The notes beneath the pieces are model-generated. The model saw only the letters and a list, made by a program, of their open reading frames with translations. It made no database searches and was not told where the DNA came from. Made by a program: the position numbers and the translations under genes. 64,000 nucleotides of DNA from a virus. Every line of letters starts with the position of its first letter. The stretch's first letter is position 1. Positions 37,315-46,456 of the stretch are shown piece after piece. Location of the stretch: the IMG/VR virus record IMGVR_UViG_3300028044_000003, positions 1 to 64,000 of that record; one strand, given 5' to 3'.

Positions 37315-38691
37315 ATGAGTTTATTAAATGCTATGAGAACTAAAGATTCTCTAACCAACAATGGTGCTGTTACTAACAGTACAAGTCTTAACTTTTGTTT
37401 AGACATGTTTTTCCTGGCCGGAGCTTCGCGTAATATGTCTGAAGAAGATATAATTCTAGTATTCGAAAGAGCTTTTGGTCAAAACCCTTTGACAACAATT
37501 AGAGTGTTGTTCTGGGCCCGTGATGCGCGTGGAGGTGCTGGTGAGAAAAGATTCTTTCAGATAATCTTATCACATATTCAGAAAACTTATCCGGATGTAT
37601 TTACCAAAATATATCCATTAGTTTATGAATACGGATATTTCAAAGATCTCTTCAAGATGCGTCCTACACAGGAGTTATTAAATTACTTTGCCTGGGCGTT
37701 GAGTCATCATCCTCAAAGAAATCTTCTGGCTAAGTATTTTCCTCGTAAAGGGAAATGGTTTAACTCTTTTCGTATCCACCAGGAAGAAAAGCCTAAGACG
37801 CTTAGAAAGTTTCTCGTAGAGATGACCAAAGTAGTTGAGACACAAATGTGTAACAACGAATGGGATGCTATTGAGTACTCTAAGGTTCCGTCTGTAGCCA
37901 TGAGAACTTACGCTAAGTCTTTTGGTAAACATGATTATCCTAGATTCAGTCAGTACATCCAGGACGTACTTAAAGGTGATAAGAAAATAAACGCTTCGGT
38001 GTTATTTCCTAATCAACTTTACAGAGCGTATTTGATGAATGAATCAGAAGATCAGGTTCAGGCTCAGTGGAACGCGTTACCAGATTACCTTACTAAGTCG
38101 GAAAATCATCGTATTTTACCGATATGTGACGTATCGGGAAGTATGTCAGGTTTACCTATGGAAGTATCTGTTTCCCTGGGGGTATATATTAGTGAAAAGA
38201 ATCGAGGTATCTTCAAGGATGCTTTTGTTACTTTCTCTAAAGACCCTAAAATACAGATACTACAAGGTAATCTTTATCAGAGATTTCGTCAGTTAGATAC
38301 TGCAGAATGGGGTATGAATACAGATTTAAACGCTGTGTTTAGTCTTATTCTAGACTCGGCTGTAAGAGAGAACTTACCAGAAAACGAGATGCCGACATCA
38401 CTTCTTATCATATCCGATATGGAATTTGATAGTTGTGGTAAACTTTCTAATCTTGATTCGTTGCGCGAAATGTATTCTAGAGCCGGTTACAAATTACCTT
38501 CAGTGGTATTTTGGAACGTAAACGGTAGACTGAATAACGTTCCGGCTACAATGAACGATAAGGGAGTGGCTCTTGTAAGTGGGTTTAGCCCTTCAATACT
38601 GACGTCAGTTCTTGATGGTACAGTTACAGATCCGGTATCGATGATGCTGAAGGTGATTAATTCACCGCGGTACGAACAGGTAGAGCTGTAA
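37315..38691 (+). CDS. DUF2828-family protein (TROVE/Ro60-like helical domain + vWA)
   Basis: TNNGA N-terminus, RDARGGAGEK, YGYFKDL, AKYFPR, VETQMC, YSKVPS.AM, MIDAS DVSGSM, ISDMEFD, VFWNV, LVSGFS. Confidence 0.85.
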   Translation: MSLLNAMRTKDSLTNNGAVTNSTSLNFCLDMFFLAGASRNMSEEDIILVFERAFGQNPLTTIRVLFWARDARGGAGEKRFFQIILSHIQKTYPDVFTKIYPLVYEYGYFKDLFKMRPTQELLNYFAWALSHHPQRNLLAKYFPRKGKWFNSFRIHQEEKPKTLRKFLVEMTKVVETQMCNNEWDAIEYSKVPSVAMRTYAKSFGKHDYPRFSQYIQDVLKGDKKINASVLFPNQLYRAYLMNESEDQVQAQWNALPDYLTKSENHRILPICDVSGSMSGLPMEVSVSLGVYISEKNRGIFKDAFVTFSKDPKIQILQGNLYQRFRQLDTAEWGMNTDLNAVFSLILDSAVRENLPENEMPTSLLIISDMEFDSCGKLSNLDSLREMYSRAGYKLPSVVFWNVNGRLNNVPATMNDKGVALVSGFSPSILTSVLDGTVTDPVSMMLKVINSPRYEQVEL

Positions 38692-38757
38692 ATAATAGGT
38701 GTAGATAATAAAAATCTACACCTTTTTTTTTATTTTTTATTCACCAATTTTAACACC

Positions 38758-39372
38758 ATGTCAAAAATTATAATCTCATGCGCTGATCTTGTTAAAAAGA
38801 GCGCGATGGCCATAACTTACACTCGTTTAAAAAAAATAAAACCTGTAGTAACTCCTCGTATGATTGTAGGAGATAAATCGGCAAAAGATAAATCAAAGTC
38901 TCATCTGATAGAACTTGTAGGTACTTTAAAAGTAAACTCTGATTTTGATTTAAAATACACGTTTGACGAAATTGTAGATAATCATGATCATTTTGTTCTT
39001 ATAGAACACAAATACTTTGATGGTGATGAAATAGCAGATTGGTTTCTTAAGTCCTCGTTATTACAAACAGCTTTTTATGACGCGTTAGTTACTCTTAACA
39101 ATAATAAAACTTACATAACTGCAGATTACGAATTAGCTAAAGATAATCCTCGATATGAAATTATTATCGATAAACCGGTTGTATCTATCTTGGATATTAA
39201 AGACAAGAAGTACTCTATAGAAGTAACCGATGCTCCTAAACTTGTAGGGTTTTATCTTAAAAAAGCCCAGGCTACATTTGATTACACCCAGGCTAGGTTA
39301 CACGATGACTTCTATAAGAGTAAAGAGTACGAAACACTGAGTCCTTTTTTTACTTTTAAACTTTTATCATGA
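38758..39372 (+). CDS. PD-(D/E)XK-fold nuclease-like protein
   Basis: FDEI...LIEHK...LLQTAFY. Confidence 0.5.
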   Translation: MSKIIISCADLVKKSAMAITYTRLKKIKPVVTPRMIVGDKSAKDKSKSHLIELVGTLKVNSDFDLKYTFDEIVDNHDHFVLIEHKYFDGDEIADWFLKSSLLQTAFYDALVTLNNNKTYITADYELAKDNPRYEIIIDKPVVSILDIKDKKYSIEVTDAPKLVGFYLKKAQATFDYTQARLHDDFYKSKEYETLSPFFTFKLLS

Positions 39373-40688
39373 CACATATAGAAGAAACGTATCACAAAGT
39401 TTTAGAAATTATCAAATCTCTCGATTGTTTTAAGTTAGTTAAAGAGTGTACTGAAGGTGATTTTATTTATCTCTCTTTTCAAAACAAAAATGATCAATTA
39501 AATCCAAAAATAGAAATCATAAAAGATTATGTATCTCAAAATGGTTATAAAAACGCTACGGATTTTGTTACTGAAAAGGGTATGAAATATCATCGAAGTC
39601 GTTATCATACTATTGGCTATGATAAACTTAAAGATAAACTTAGTTACAAAAAATTTTACTCCGGTTATGGTATAAATAAACTCTGTAATATTTATCCTTT
39701 TAGATAAAATTGTCCGATTATAACAATAACTCCTCGTCAGGTATATTCTTTTACAAAAATTCATCGTAACAGGCTTATTAGAGTTTATAATAATTGTTAT
39801 ATTTCTTTTGATAGATCTTCACTTAATTTATTAGATCGATTAGAACGAGTTATTATCAATATCTATGAAGGAAGGGATGTATTTAGCAGAAGGCTTGTGC
39901 CGGTAAGTAGTAAACATTACCAAAACGGTATAAACGACAGTCACGTTATCGATAATCTTTTAGGTTATAAAGTTTCAAAAACACTTTCTCGCTTTAACTT
40001 TTCTATTGACGATTATTATCATTTAGTCAATGTAATCAAACGTATGAAGAATAAAAACGATTTTAGAAGTGTAATAAATACTTTAGCAAAAATTCCTATA
40101 ATTCCTGAGTATATTGATTTTAAACATGTTCTTTTTACTACTATGGGATTTACTAATTATGCAGCGCATATTTATACGTTTTCTGATTGGTTACGTGAGA
40201 TTTATCATCTTAAACTACCGTTTAATATTAAAATTAGATCCTGGAAAAGAATCGAGGAGGAACATCGTAGAAACTCGAGTCTAATAGGTCTTAAAGGTAT
40301 TCCGAAAGAATTAAAACCTGACACTTGTTTTTTAAAGTTATTTGAAAGTTTTAATCTATATCCGGTAGAAATAATTGATACTAAAGAGCGTATTATTGAA
40401 GAATCGTGTATTAATGACCACTGTGTTGGTAGAAATAATTATTACGCTAGGAATATAATTGACGGAAACATAGGTATTTATTCTGTTTTATGTGCTGATC
40501 AAAGGTTTACTCTTACTGTAAATAGATATTTTCAAATCCAATAATTTAAAGGATTCAGAAATTGCGAAGCACCTGTCGGTTTAAAAAGTGTTCTAGAAAA
40601 TTATTTAGAAACCAAGATAAGTCATTTAAAAGTTAAACATCAAATTGTAACTAATGAAACAGAGAATTTCGATAACGTTAGATTCTGA
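39369..40688 (+). pseudogene. PcfJ-like protein interrupted by two in-frame TAA stops
   Basis: Single frame from 39369 to TGA 40688 except TAA at 39705 and 40542; EES..NDHCV ... IQ*FKGFRN. Confidence 0.7.
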
Positions 40689-41106
40689 AGCAATTGAGAA
40701 AAAATTGATGGAATGTTTAAAGAAAGGTTTTGATAATCCTAAAATAGCTTTTTCATTTATAACTGAACTTTTAGAAAATACTAGAACTGAAGAAACATTT
40801 ATTAAAATGTTAAGCGGATTTGATATTATTTGCAAATATAAACCAGGAGATAAGGTTTTACTACCTTATTCTTCTGGTCCTAGTTGGAGATATAAATCTA
40901 ATCAAGAAGAACTATTGTTTAAAAATTGTTTTAGAGCTGTGGTTAATAGTGTGTCTATGAGTAAAAACACGGTTAATATTCAATTTAGTTATTTTAATGA
41001 TAAAGGTGAACTTTATACTGATGAATACGAAGTTGCTGAATACGTTTTATCAAAAGATCATACAGATCTTGAAAATGATATTGATGAGTTTTTAAGTAAA
41101 AGTTAG
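40654..41106 (+). CDS. Hypothetical protein
   Basis: ORF. Confidence 0.6.
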   Translation: MKQRISITLDSEAIEKKLMECLKKGFDNPKIAFSFITELLENTRTEETFIKMLSGFDIICKYKPGDKVLLPYSSGPSWRYKSNQEELLFKNCFRAVVNSVSMSKNTVNIQFSYFNDKGELYTDEYEVAEYVLSKDHTDLENDIDEFLSKS

Positions 41107-41189
41107 CGTTATAGTACAACAGAAATTAGTATATTTAGTACAATTTGTTAGATAACAAGTAAGTTTGTATTAAATGTTTTTGTGTATAA

Positions 41190-41516
41190 ATGTTGTATTC
41201 ATTACCTAACGGTAGAACGATAGAAATATCTCTTGAAGAGTATCTTAGTTTAACAGATCAAGATATACAGGATATCATCGCATCAAATTCAGGATACAAC
41301 GTAGCGTCACCTTTCTTTAATTCCTCTATTTCTCAGAAATCACGTTTAAAAACAGACACTGAAATTGATAAATCTATCGATTATTCAGAAGAACTTGAAG
41401 ATGGCTGCGTATCCCAGGGTATAAATCAAATAATAAATACCTTAGACATATTATCTTCTGATCCGCAAGAAATGCCGGAAATACTAATAGAACCTCCTCA
41501 TCAAGAGGAAGAATAA
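41190..41516 (+). CDS. Hypothetical acidic protein
   Basis: ORF after a promoter-like region. Confidence 0.6.
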   Translation: MLYSLPNGRTIEISLEEYLSLTDQDIQDIIASNSGYNVASPFFNSSISQKSRLKTDTEIDKSIDYSEELEDGCVSQGINQIINTLDILSSDPQEMPEILIEPPHQEEE

Positions 41517-41553
41517 AATCGTTTCATTTTTTTAATCACAAAAATCAATTCAA

Positions 41554-42030
41554 ATGGCTGTAAAAGTGTCATCTGATGCAGCGGGTAATGTAATTACTCC
41601 TACATCTAATCCTGAGTATGGTTACATCAGAGTAACCGAAACCCGTAATCTTATTGATGAAAGAGGTTTTTTAAGACCTCAAAAATTAAGTGCCTTGGTA
41701 CTAGGTCTAAAAGACGATCTTAAAAACCTGGGATGGACTGCCGGTAAAGAACTTTCCGGTAAAATCATTATCAAAGAATCTCTCATGCCGTTCAACAAAA
41801 AAGAACCTGAGAATGATTACAAAGTTGCCGGTAACACAAACGTTGTATGTTGTGTCGGTGATCAGCCTATTTATCGTAAAACCTTCTATGTTCAAAATAC
41901 AAACATGGAAGATGTATTAATCGCTCACACTAATAAAGAGCAAATAGTAGCTGCTTACGAAGAGAGTATAACTCTTCTTTCTCAAAACAATCCAGAGTTT
42001 TCTGATAACTTGGATTTAGACGAAATTTAA
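41554..42030 (+). CDS. Hypothetical protein with acidic tail (possible ssDNA-binding protein)
   Basis: Beta-rich, ends FSDNLDLDEI; terminator follows. Confidence 0.5.
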   Translation: MAVKVSSDAAGNVITPTSNPEYGYIRVTETRNLIDERGFLRPQKLSALVLGLKDDLKNLGWTAGKELSGKIIIKESLMPFNKKEPENDYKVAGNTNVVCCVGDQPIYRKTFYVQNTNMEDVLIAHTNKEQIVAAYEESITLLSQNNPEFSDNLDLDEI

Positions 42031-42098
42031 TATAATACCTGCAGATACGGTGGAGAGTAATATCTCCACCTTTTATTCACCACAAATCTTAATCAAAA

Positions 42099-42590
42099 AT
42101 GAAAACAATTGCTAATAATATTAGTGATTTGAAAAAAGTCATAGATAACTATCAGACTTTTAATCACCCTTACAAAACAGAAGTACCTTTTGAATCTTAT
42201 CATTTATCTAAAATTCAGGAAAAGTATTACAAGGAAGCTTTATATGGTATAAATTCTTACCCAGAAAAGGTTTTGAGTAACATGTCAGATTTCGAAAAGA
42301 AAAGAATTTCGAATATCTATCATAAAGCTCAGTTTATTTTAAATCTTTGGAAACAAGAAATCCTTATAGAAAAAACAAACAAAATATTTTCTATATTCAA
42401 ATCTAGCCCATTAGCTGAAAAAATTATGAATCAGGATAAAGCTAACCGAAATTTTATTTGTATGCTTTCTTTCAAAGAATTAGGTATCAAGAAACAAGAT
42501 ATAATCAACAAGTTAATATCAGAGAGAATTTTACCTAGTAATTTTTTAATCCTAAAAGAAAACGTAAAAATATGCACGTTGAATGTATAG
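42099..42590 (+). CDS. Hypothetical protein
   Basis: ORF. Confidence 0.6.
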   Translation: MKTIANNISDLKKVIDNYQTFNHPYKTEVPFESYHLSKIQEKYYKEALYGINSYPEKVLSNMSDFEKKRISNIYHKAQFILNLWKQEILIEKTNKIFSIFKSSPLAEKIMNQDKANRNFICMLSFKELGIKKQDIINKLISERILPSNFLILKENVKICTLNV

Positions 42591-42793
42591 TTAATAATTT
42601 AGGAACTAGTTTAATATTAGTTCCTCAAACTCCTCTTGAAGAAGAAATTGTTAAAAATCTTTTAAAACAGGAAAACAATATCATTGAGATAAGAGGGCCC
42701 GTTAGTGTTCTTAATCACAGTGTAAAAAACGGTGTTTATATCGGTAAACAATTATCTCCTGAAAAATATGATGAAAAGTCTGAAGGAGTGTGA
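42572..42793 (+). CDS. Hypothetical protein
   Basis: Overlapping ORF in operon. Confidence 0.5.
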   Translation: MHVECIVNNLGTSLILVPQTPLEEEIVKNLLKQENNIIEIRGPVSVLNHSVKNGVYIGKQLSPEKYDEKSEGV

Positions 42794-43181
42794 CGGTTGT
42801 AACAAATCAAAAATAATTTGGAAGAATTACGGGGGTAAGAAGTGGTGTAAGCATTGCTGGAGTTGCCATTCTAGTAACGTAAAGCAGAAACCAACTGTGA
42901 AAACTGCTTCTATACGCCCCCGGTCTTCTAAAAAAGAAAAACTAGATAATATTTATTCTCAACAACGAAAACTTTTTCTTACTTACAAACCTATGTGTGA
43001 AGCTCATATACCCGGGATCTGTACCCAGGTATCAACAGACGTTCACCATAAAAAAGGAAGACTCGGAGGTAATTATCTTGATACTACAAGTTGGTTATCA
43101 GTTTGTAGAACTTGTCATAATTATATCGAAACGAATCCTCTGTTTGCTAAAGAAGAAGGGTTTTCACAAAATCGTAAATAA
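42768..43181 (+). CDS. HNH-type nuclease with N-terminal Zn finger
   Basis: CDGC..CKHC; CE...C...STDVHHKKGR...VCRTCHNYI. Confidence 0.75.
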   Translation: MMKSLKECDGCNKSKIIWKNYGGKKWCKHCWSCHSSNVKQKPTVKTASIRPRSSKKEKLDNIYSQQRKLFLTYKPMCEAHIPGICTQVSTDVHHKKGRLGGNYLDTTSWLSVCRTCHNYIETNPLFAKEEGFSQNRK

Positions 43182-43402
43182 TGGCTAAAAAATTAATGAC
43201 AGTTAATCTAGCTTGTGGTAAAAGTTACCAAGCTAATGAAGAAAAGTTTAAAAAAGTTACTCCTGGTGAAATTCCGGGTTTTGATTTTGGTGGTTTTATT
43301 TATAAAACAAATGATGAAGAACATCATATTTTTAAACCTTTAATTACTAGTATTAGCTATCGCGAAATTTGTAGCGAAAAATATGCTAGAAAGAAAAAGT
43401 AA
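43181..43402 (+). CDS. Hypothetical protein
   Basis: Coupled ORF. Confidence 0.55.
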   Translation: MAKKLMTVNLACGKSYQANEEKFKKVTPGEIPGFDFGGFIYKTNDEEHHIFKPLITSISYREICSEKYARKKK

Positions 43403-43404
43403 TT

Positions 43405-43638
43405 ATGTTTTCTAAAAAAAATCAATGTCTTAGTGTTAAACAACGAATCTTTATTGAAGAACATATTGTTAAAAAACTAAGAATATCAAAATTACTCAAA
43501 GATCTGAAAATAACTAGGGTTCAGTTTAAACGAGCCCGTTTTGGTTTATCTATAACCAATAAACTTTATTTTAAAATCGATCAATATTTAATTGAAAAAG
43601 AAAAACAAATTAATGACGAAACGGATGAAATCGTTTAG
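43405..43638 (+). CDS. Hypothetical protein (possible HTH)
   Basis: ORF in operon. Confidence 0.5.
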   Translation: MFSKKNQCLSVKQRIFIEEHIVKKLRISKLLKDLKITRVQFKRARFGLSITNKLYFKIDQYLIEKEKQINDETDEIV

Positions 43639-43831
43639 TTATTATTCTAAACCCTGATAGAAACCTATGTGATGAATATAGGAACGGATGTAGCTGTATG
43701 AGATATGCTATTATAAACCGTTGGGAGTTCTCAGCAAGTAACTAATTTAGTTATGTGACCCTAGTTAATGACAGATGAAAATCGTTTCCTTCGGGGATAG
43801 TTAACGGGTGCTAATATTTAAACAATTTAAT

Positions 43832-44203
43832 ATGATAGAAAAAGAATTTGTGCCACATCAAGAAAGTCTTGAACTCGAAGAAATTGGTTTTAATGAACCT
43901 TGTTTTGGATATTGGAAATCTAAAAACTGGCTAATCCAAGAAAAAACAAGAACTGATGGATATACACATGCTGACCAAGAATGTTTAGCACCAACATACT
44001 CACAAGCATTTAGATTTTTTAGAGAGAAGCATAACATATCAAGTTGGATATACAATAGTGATATGATTAATTTCTTCTACACCATATTACAAGGTGGAAG
44101 AATTGTTAAAGCAAATAATTCTTATGAATCCTACGAAGAAGCAGAACTTGAATGTCTTAAAAAATTAATTGAAATTGTAAAAGATGGTAACAAGAGTAGA
44201 TAG
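43832..44203 (+). CDS. Conserved phage protein
   Basis: EFVP...SLEL.E.GF.EPC ... APTYSQAFRFFREK ... YEEAELECL. Confidence 0.65.
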   Translation: MIEKEFVPHQESLELEEIGFNEPCFGYWKSKNWLIQEKTRTDGYTHADQECLAPTYSQAFRFFREKHNISSWIYNSDMINFFYTILQGGRIVKANNSYESYEEAELECLKKLIEIVKDGNKSR

Positions 44204-44709
44204 AAAGTCTATGGTTATAAGACCGTCAGGAAGAAGTACTGATTTTCTTACTCCCACAATAATTATGGGGTGTGGTTATCAGTGCTCTTACTGTTATTGT
44301 AAAAGATATAAAACAGAAGGTGTAGATATTGCTACTAATTTAGGAGATATACTTACTACAGTAGATCATCACGCTTGGTTTGCCGATGTAGAAAAACCTA
44401 ATCAAACTCATCCGAAATTTATAACTTACGATATAGGTTGTAATTCTGATATGGCTTTACACGCTAAACACTATGACTGGAAATACTTGTTTGATTTCTT
44501 CAAGAACCATCCTCGGGCTATGGGTTCATTTGCTACTAAATATGTGAATGAGAAACTGCTTGAATATAATCCGGATGGTAAGATTAGAATCAGATTTAGT
44601 CTGATGCCTCAATCTTATTGTGATTATTTAGAACCTAAAACTAGTTCTATAGAAGAAAGAATAAAAGCTATCGATAGGTTTATAGAAGCTGGTTATGATG
44701 TACACATAA

Positions 44710-45305
44710 ATTTTTCTCCTGTTTGTTTGAGCAAATGTTGGATTAATTACTTGTGAAAAATATGTTTCTGTAGTTCCAGTGATACTTCTAATATCAGTTA
44801 AACCTTGTTTTTCTAATTCTTCTATATGTTCAATTAATGATTCACCTAACTTTGTTTTATTTTCAATATTATCTTCATTTTCAATTCTTTCTTTAATGGA
44901 TTCAATAATTTTTTTCTCTTCGTTAATGTTTAATATATCATACTTTTTAGAATACTCACTTTGAGTTGAAATTATTCCTGTCGATAAGTATTGAATATCA
45001 TTTAAATTTATTGAGTCATTACTGCTTATTCTTTGTTTCCACCTTTCCAATGTTAAATGAATTTCACTTACTCTTCTTAAAATTTTTATTGTGTCAAAAT
45101 GTCCATTAAATTCTTGTAATATTTGACTAATTGCAAATCCTATAAATAATTTAGATAACAATTCTAAAATCATATTACTGTCACCAAAAAAATGTATTAA
45201 AATTGAAGATAAAATTGGTATCCAAACCAATGGTTTAGCTAAAATCTAAGGATAATATTTGTACTGTTTACAAACCCTTTCTTTAATTTCTTCTAATCGT
45301 CTCAC
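44710..45305 (-). pseudogene. Cassette membrane-protein gene, 5' part (internal TAG at 45246-45248); its 3' end lies at 45496-45546
   Basis: GTG 45305; VRRLEEIKERVCKQYKYYP*ILAKPLVW...FAQTNRRK. Confidence 0.65.
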
Positions 45306-45350
45306 AATCTTTTTTATTTTATTCGTTAATTTCTGTTGTCCTTTAAACTG

Positions 45351-45488
45351 ACCGCCAACGGTTCTTGTGTATGTGTCAGGTGGGGATTAGAAAGCACAAA
45401 ACTTTCAACACTCACCAAAGTTTATTAACATCCACAACCGTTCAATTTACCACCAAACCCCCACTTGCACATACACAATGTTGGCGGT
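45351..45488. repeat. attC-like imperfect palindrome (Bacteroidota cassette-type repeat)
   Basis: ACCGCCAAC..TTGTGTATGTG..AGGTGGGG / CCCCACTT.CACATACACAA.GTTGGCGGT; AAC/GTT core ends. Confidence 0.75.
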
Positions 45489-45870
45489 TCGGTTTTTATT
45501 TCTTCTTTTTATTCTGTCTTTCATTTTCTCTCATTTTTCTCCTGTTATCGTAACATACGGTTGGATTAAAAAATATGAAGAACTTTTTAACCAAGTTTCT
45601 GATATAGTAGGAAATAAAGATAAGATCAAAGCTGAAGTAATCTTCTTGACTCACAATGAAGGTAAACATGAATATAATCTTAGACATTCTTTACCGGGAG
45701 AACATCTTTTATGGAGACCGGAACTCCAGGAAGATAAAATATCACAGTACGGTGGTAAAAATATAAGGTATAAACACGACCTAAAAGCTCAGTATATCAA
45801 AGAGTGGACTGAATTACATGATAAGATTATACCCTGGAATACTATAAGATATATTTTTTAAAAAACTATT

Positions 45871-46191
45871 ATGAGCGAACATCTTGAGAAATTTTTTAAA
45901 GAATTAGGTTTTGAAGGAGTGAAATATATTCAAGGAAAAGGTTATTGTGGTGTACAAAAATACGCTTTCACTTACGGTCTTGTTTATAATATTGATTTTA
46001 CCGGTTATCAAGGTCGATACTGTTACCCTAATAAATTTAATGCTTTGGCGGCCTTACAAATATGGGACGGTCAGGGAGATCCTCCTGGTTTATGGATTAA
46101 ACACAAAAGAGACGGAATTGATAAAACTAATCCTTTACTAAAAGATGAATATGAAATCGAAAATAATTCAAGGAACGTTACTAGAAGATAA
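45871..46191 (+). CDS. Conserved phage protein
   Basis: GRYCY.....ALAAL..WDG.GDPPG.WIKHK. Confidence 0.65.
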   Translation: MSEHLEKFFKELGFEGVKYIQGKGYCGVQKYAFTYGLVYNIDFTGYQGRYCYPNKFNALAALQIWDGQGDPPGLWIKHKRDGIDKTNPLLKDEYEIENNSRNVTRR

Positions 46192-46456
46192 TGATTCCTG
46201 GGTAATAGAGTGCGGAGCTGAAAAAGCCGGAAATAATACATGGTTTAATAAACTACCGTTACATCCGGATGATTTTACTTTTACTCTAAGTCACGGTAAA
46301 CAAGTTAAATTTTTAATAGTAAATGAACCCGCTCTTGAAGAGTGTGGTAAAGGCGAGACTAATTATAATATTCAGTACGCAAAGATCATTGATAATGCTC
46401 ATCTTGTACAAGGTGAAGGAGAAGAATCTATTGAAGAACTCAATTCTAAATTATGA
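46145..46456 (+). CDS. Hypothetical protein
   Basis: LPLHPDD motif; operon context. Confidence 0.55.
   Translation: MNMKSKIIQGTLLEDNDSWVIECGAEKAGNNTWFNKLPLHPDDFTFTLSHGKQVKFLIVNEPALEECGKGETNYNIQYAKIIDNAHLVQGEGEESIEELNSKL

Larger units (their letters stand above)
44710..45546 (-). mobile_element. 823-bp inserted gene cassette bounded by 14-bp direct repeats
   Basis: ATTTTTCTCCTGTT at 44710-44723 and 45533-45546; contains one attC-like site and a permuted gene. Confidence 0.85.
44184..45861 (+). pseudogene. Spore photoproduct lyase-like radical SAM protein, split by an insertion
   Basis: GCGYQCSYCY radical SAM motif, GCNSD, SFATK, RIRFSL; HINFSPV at 44723 resumes in frame as IVTYGW at 45547. 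Confidence 0.85.

Noticed and set aside
44724-45546. Group I/II intron, intein or IS in the SPL-like gene
   Set aside because: No intron core, homing nuclease, RT, transposase or terminal inverted repeats; the insert is antisense and not frame-preserving (823 bp)
45478-45546. N-terminus of the track ORF 45478..45861 as a real gene start
   Set aside because: It is antisense cassette sequence fused to the SPL C-terminal fragment
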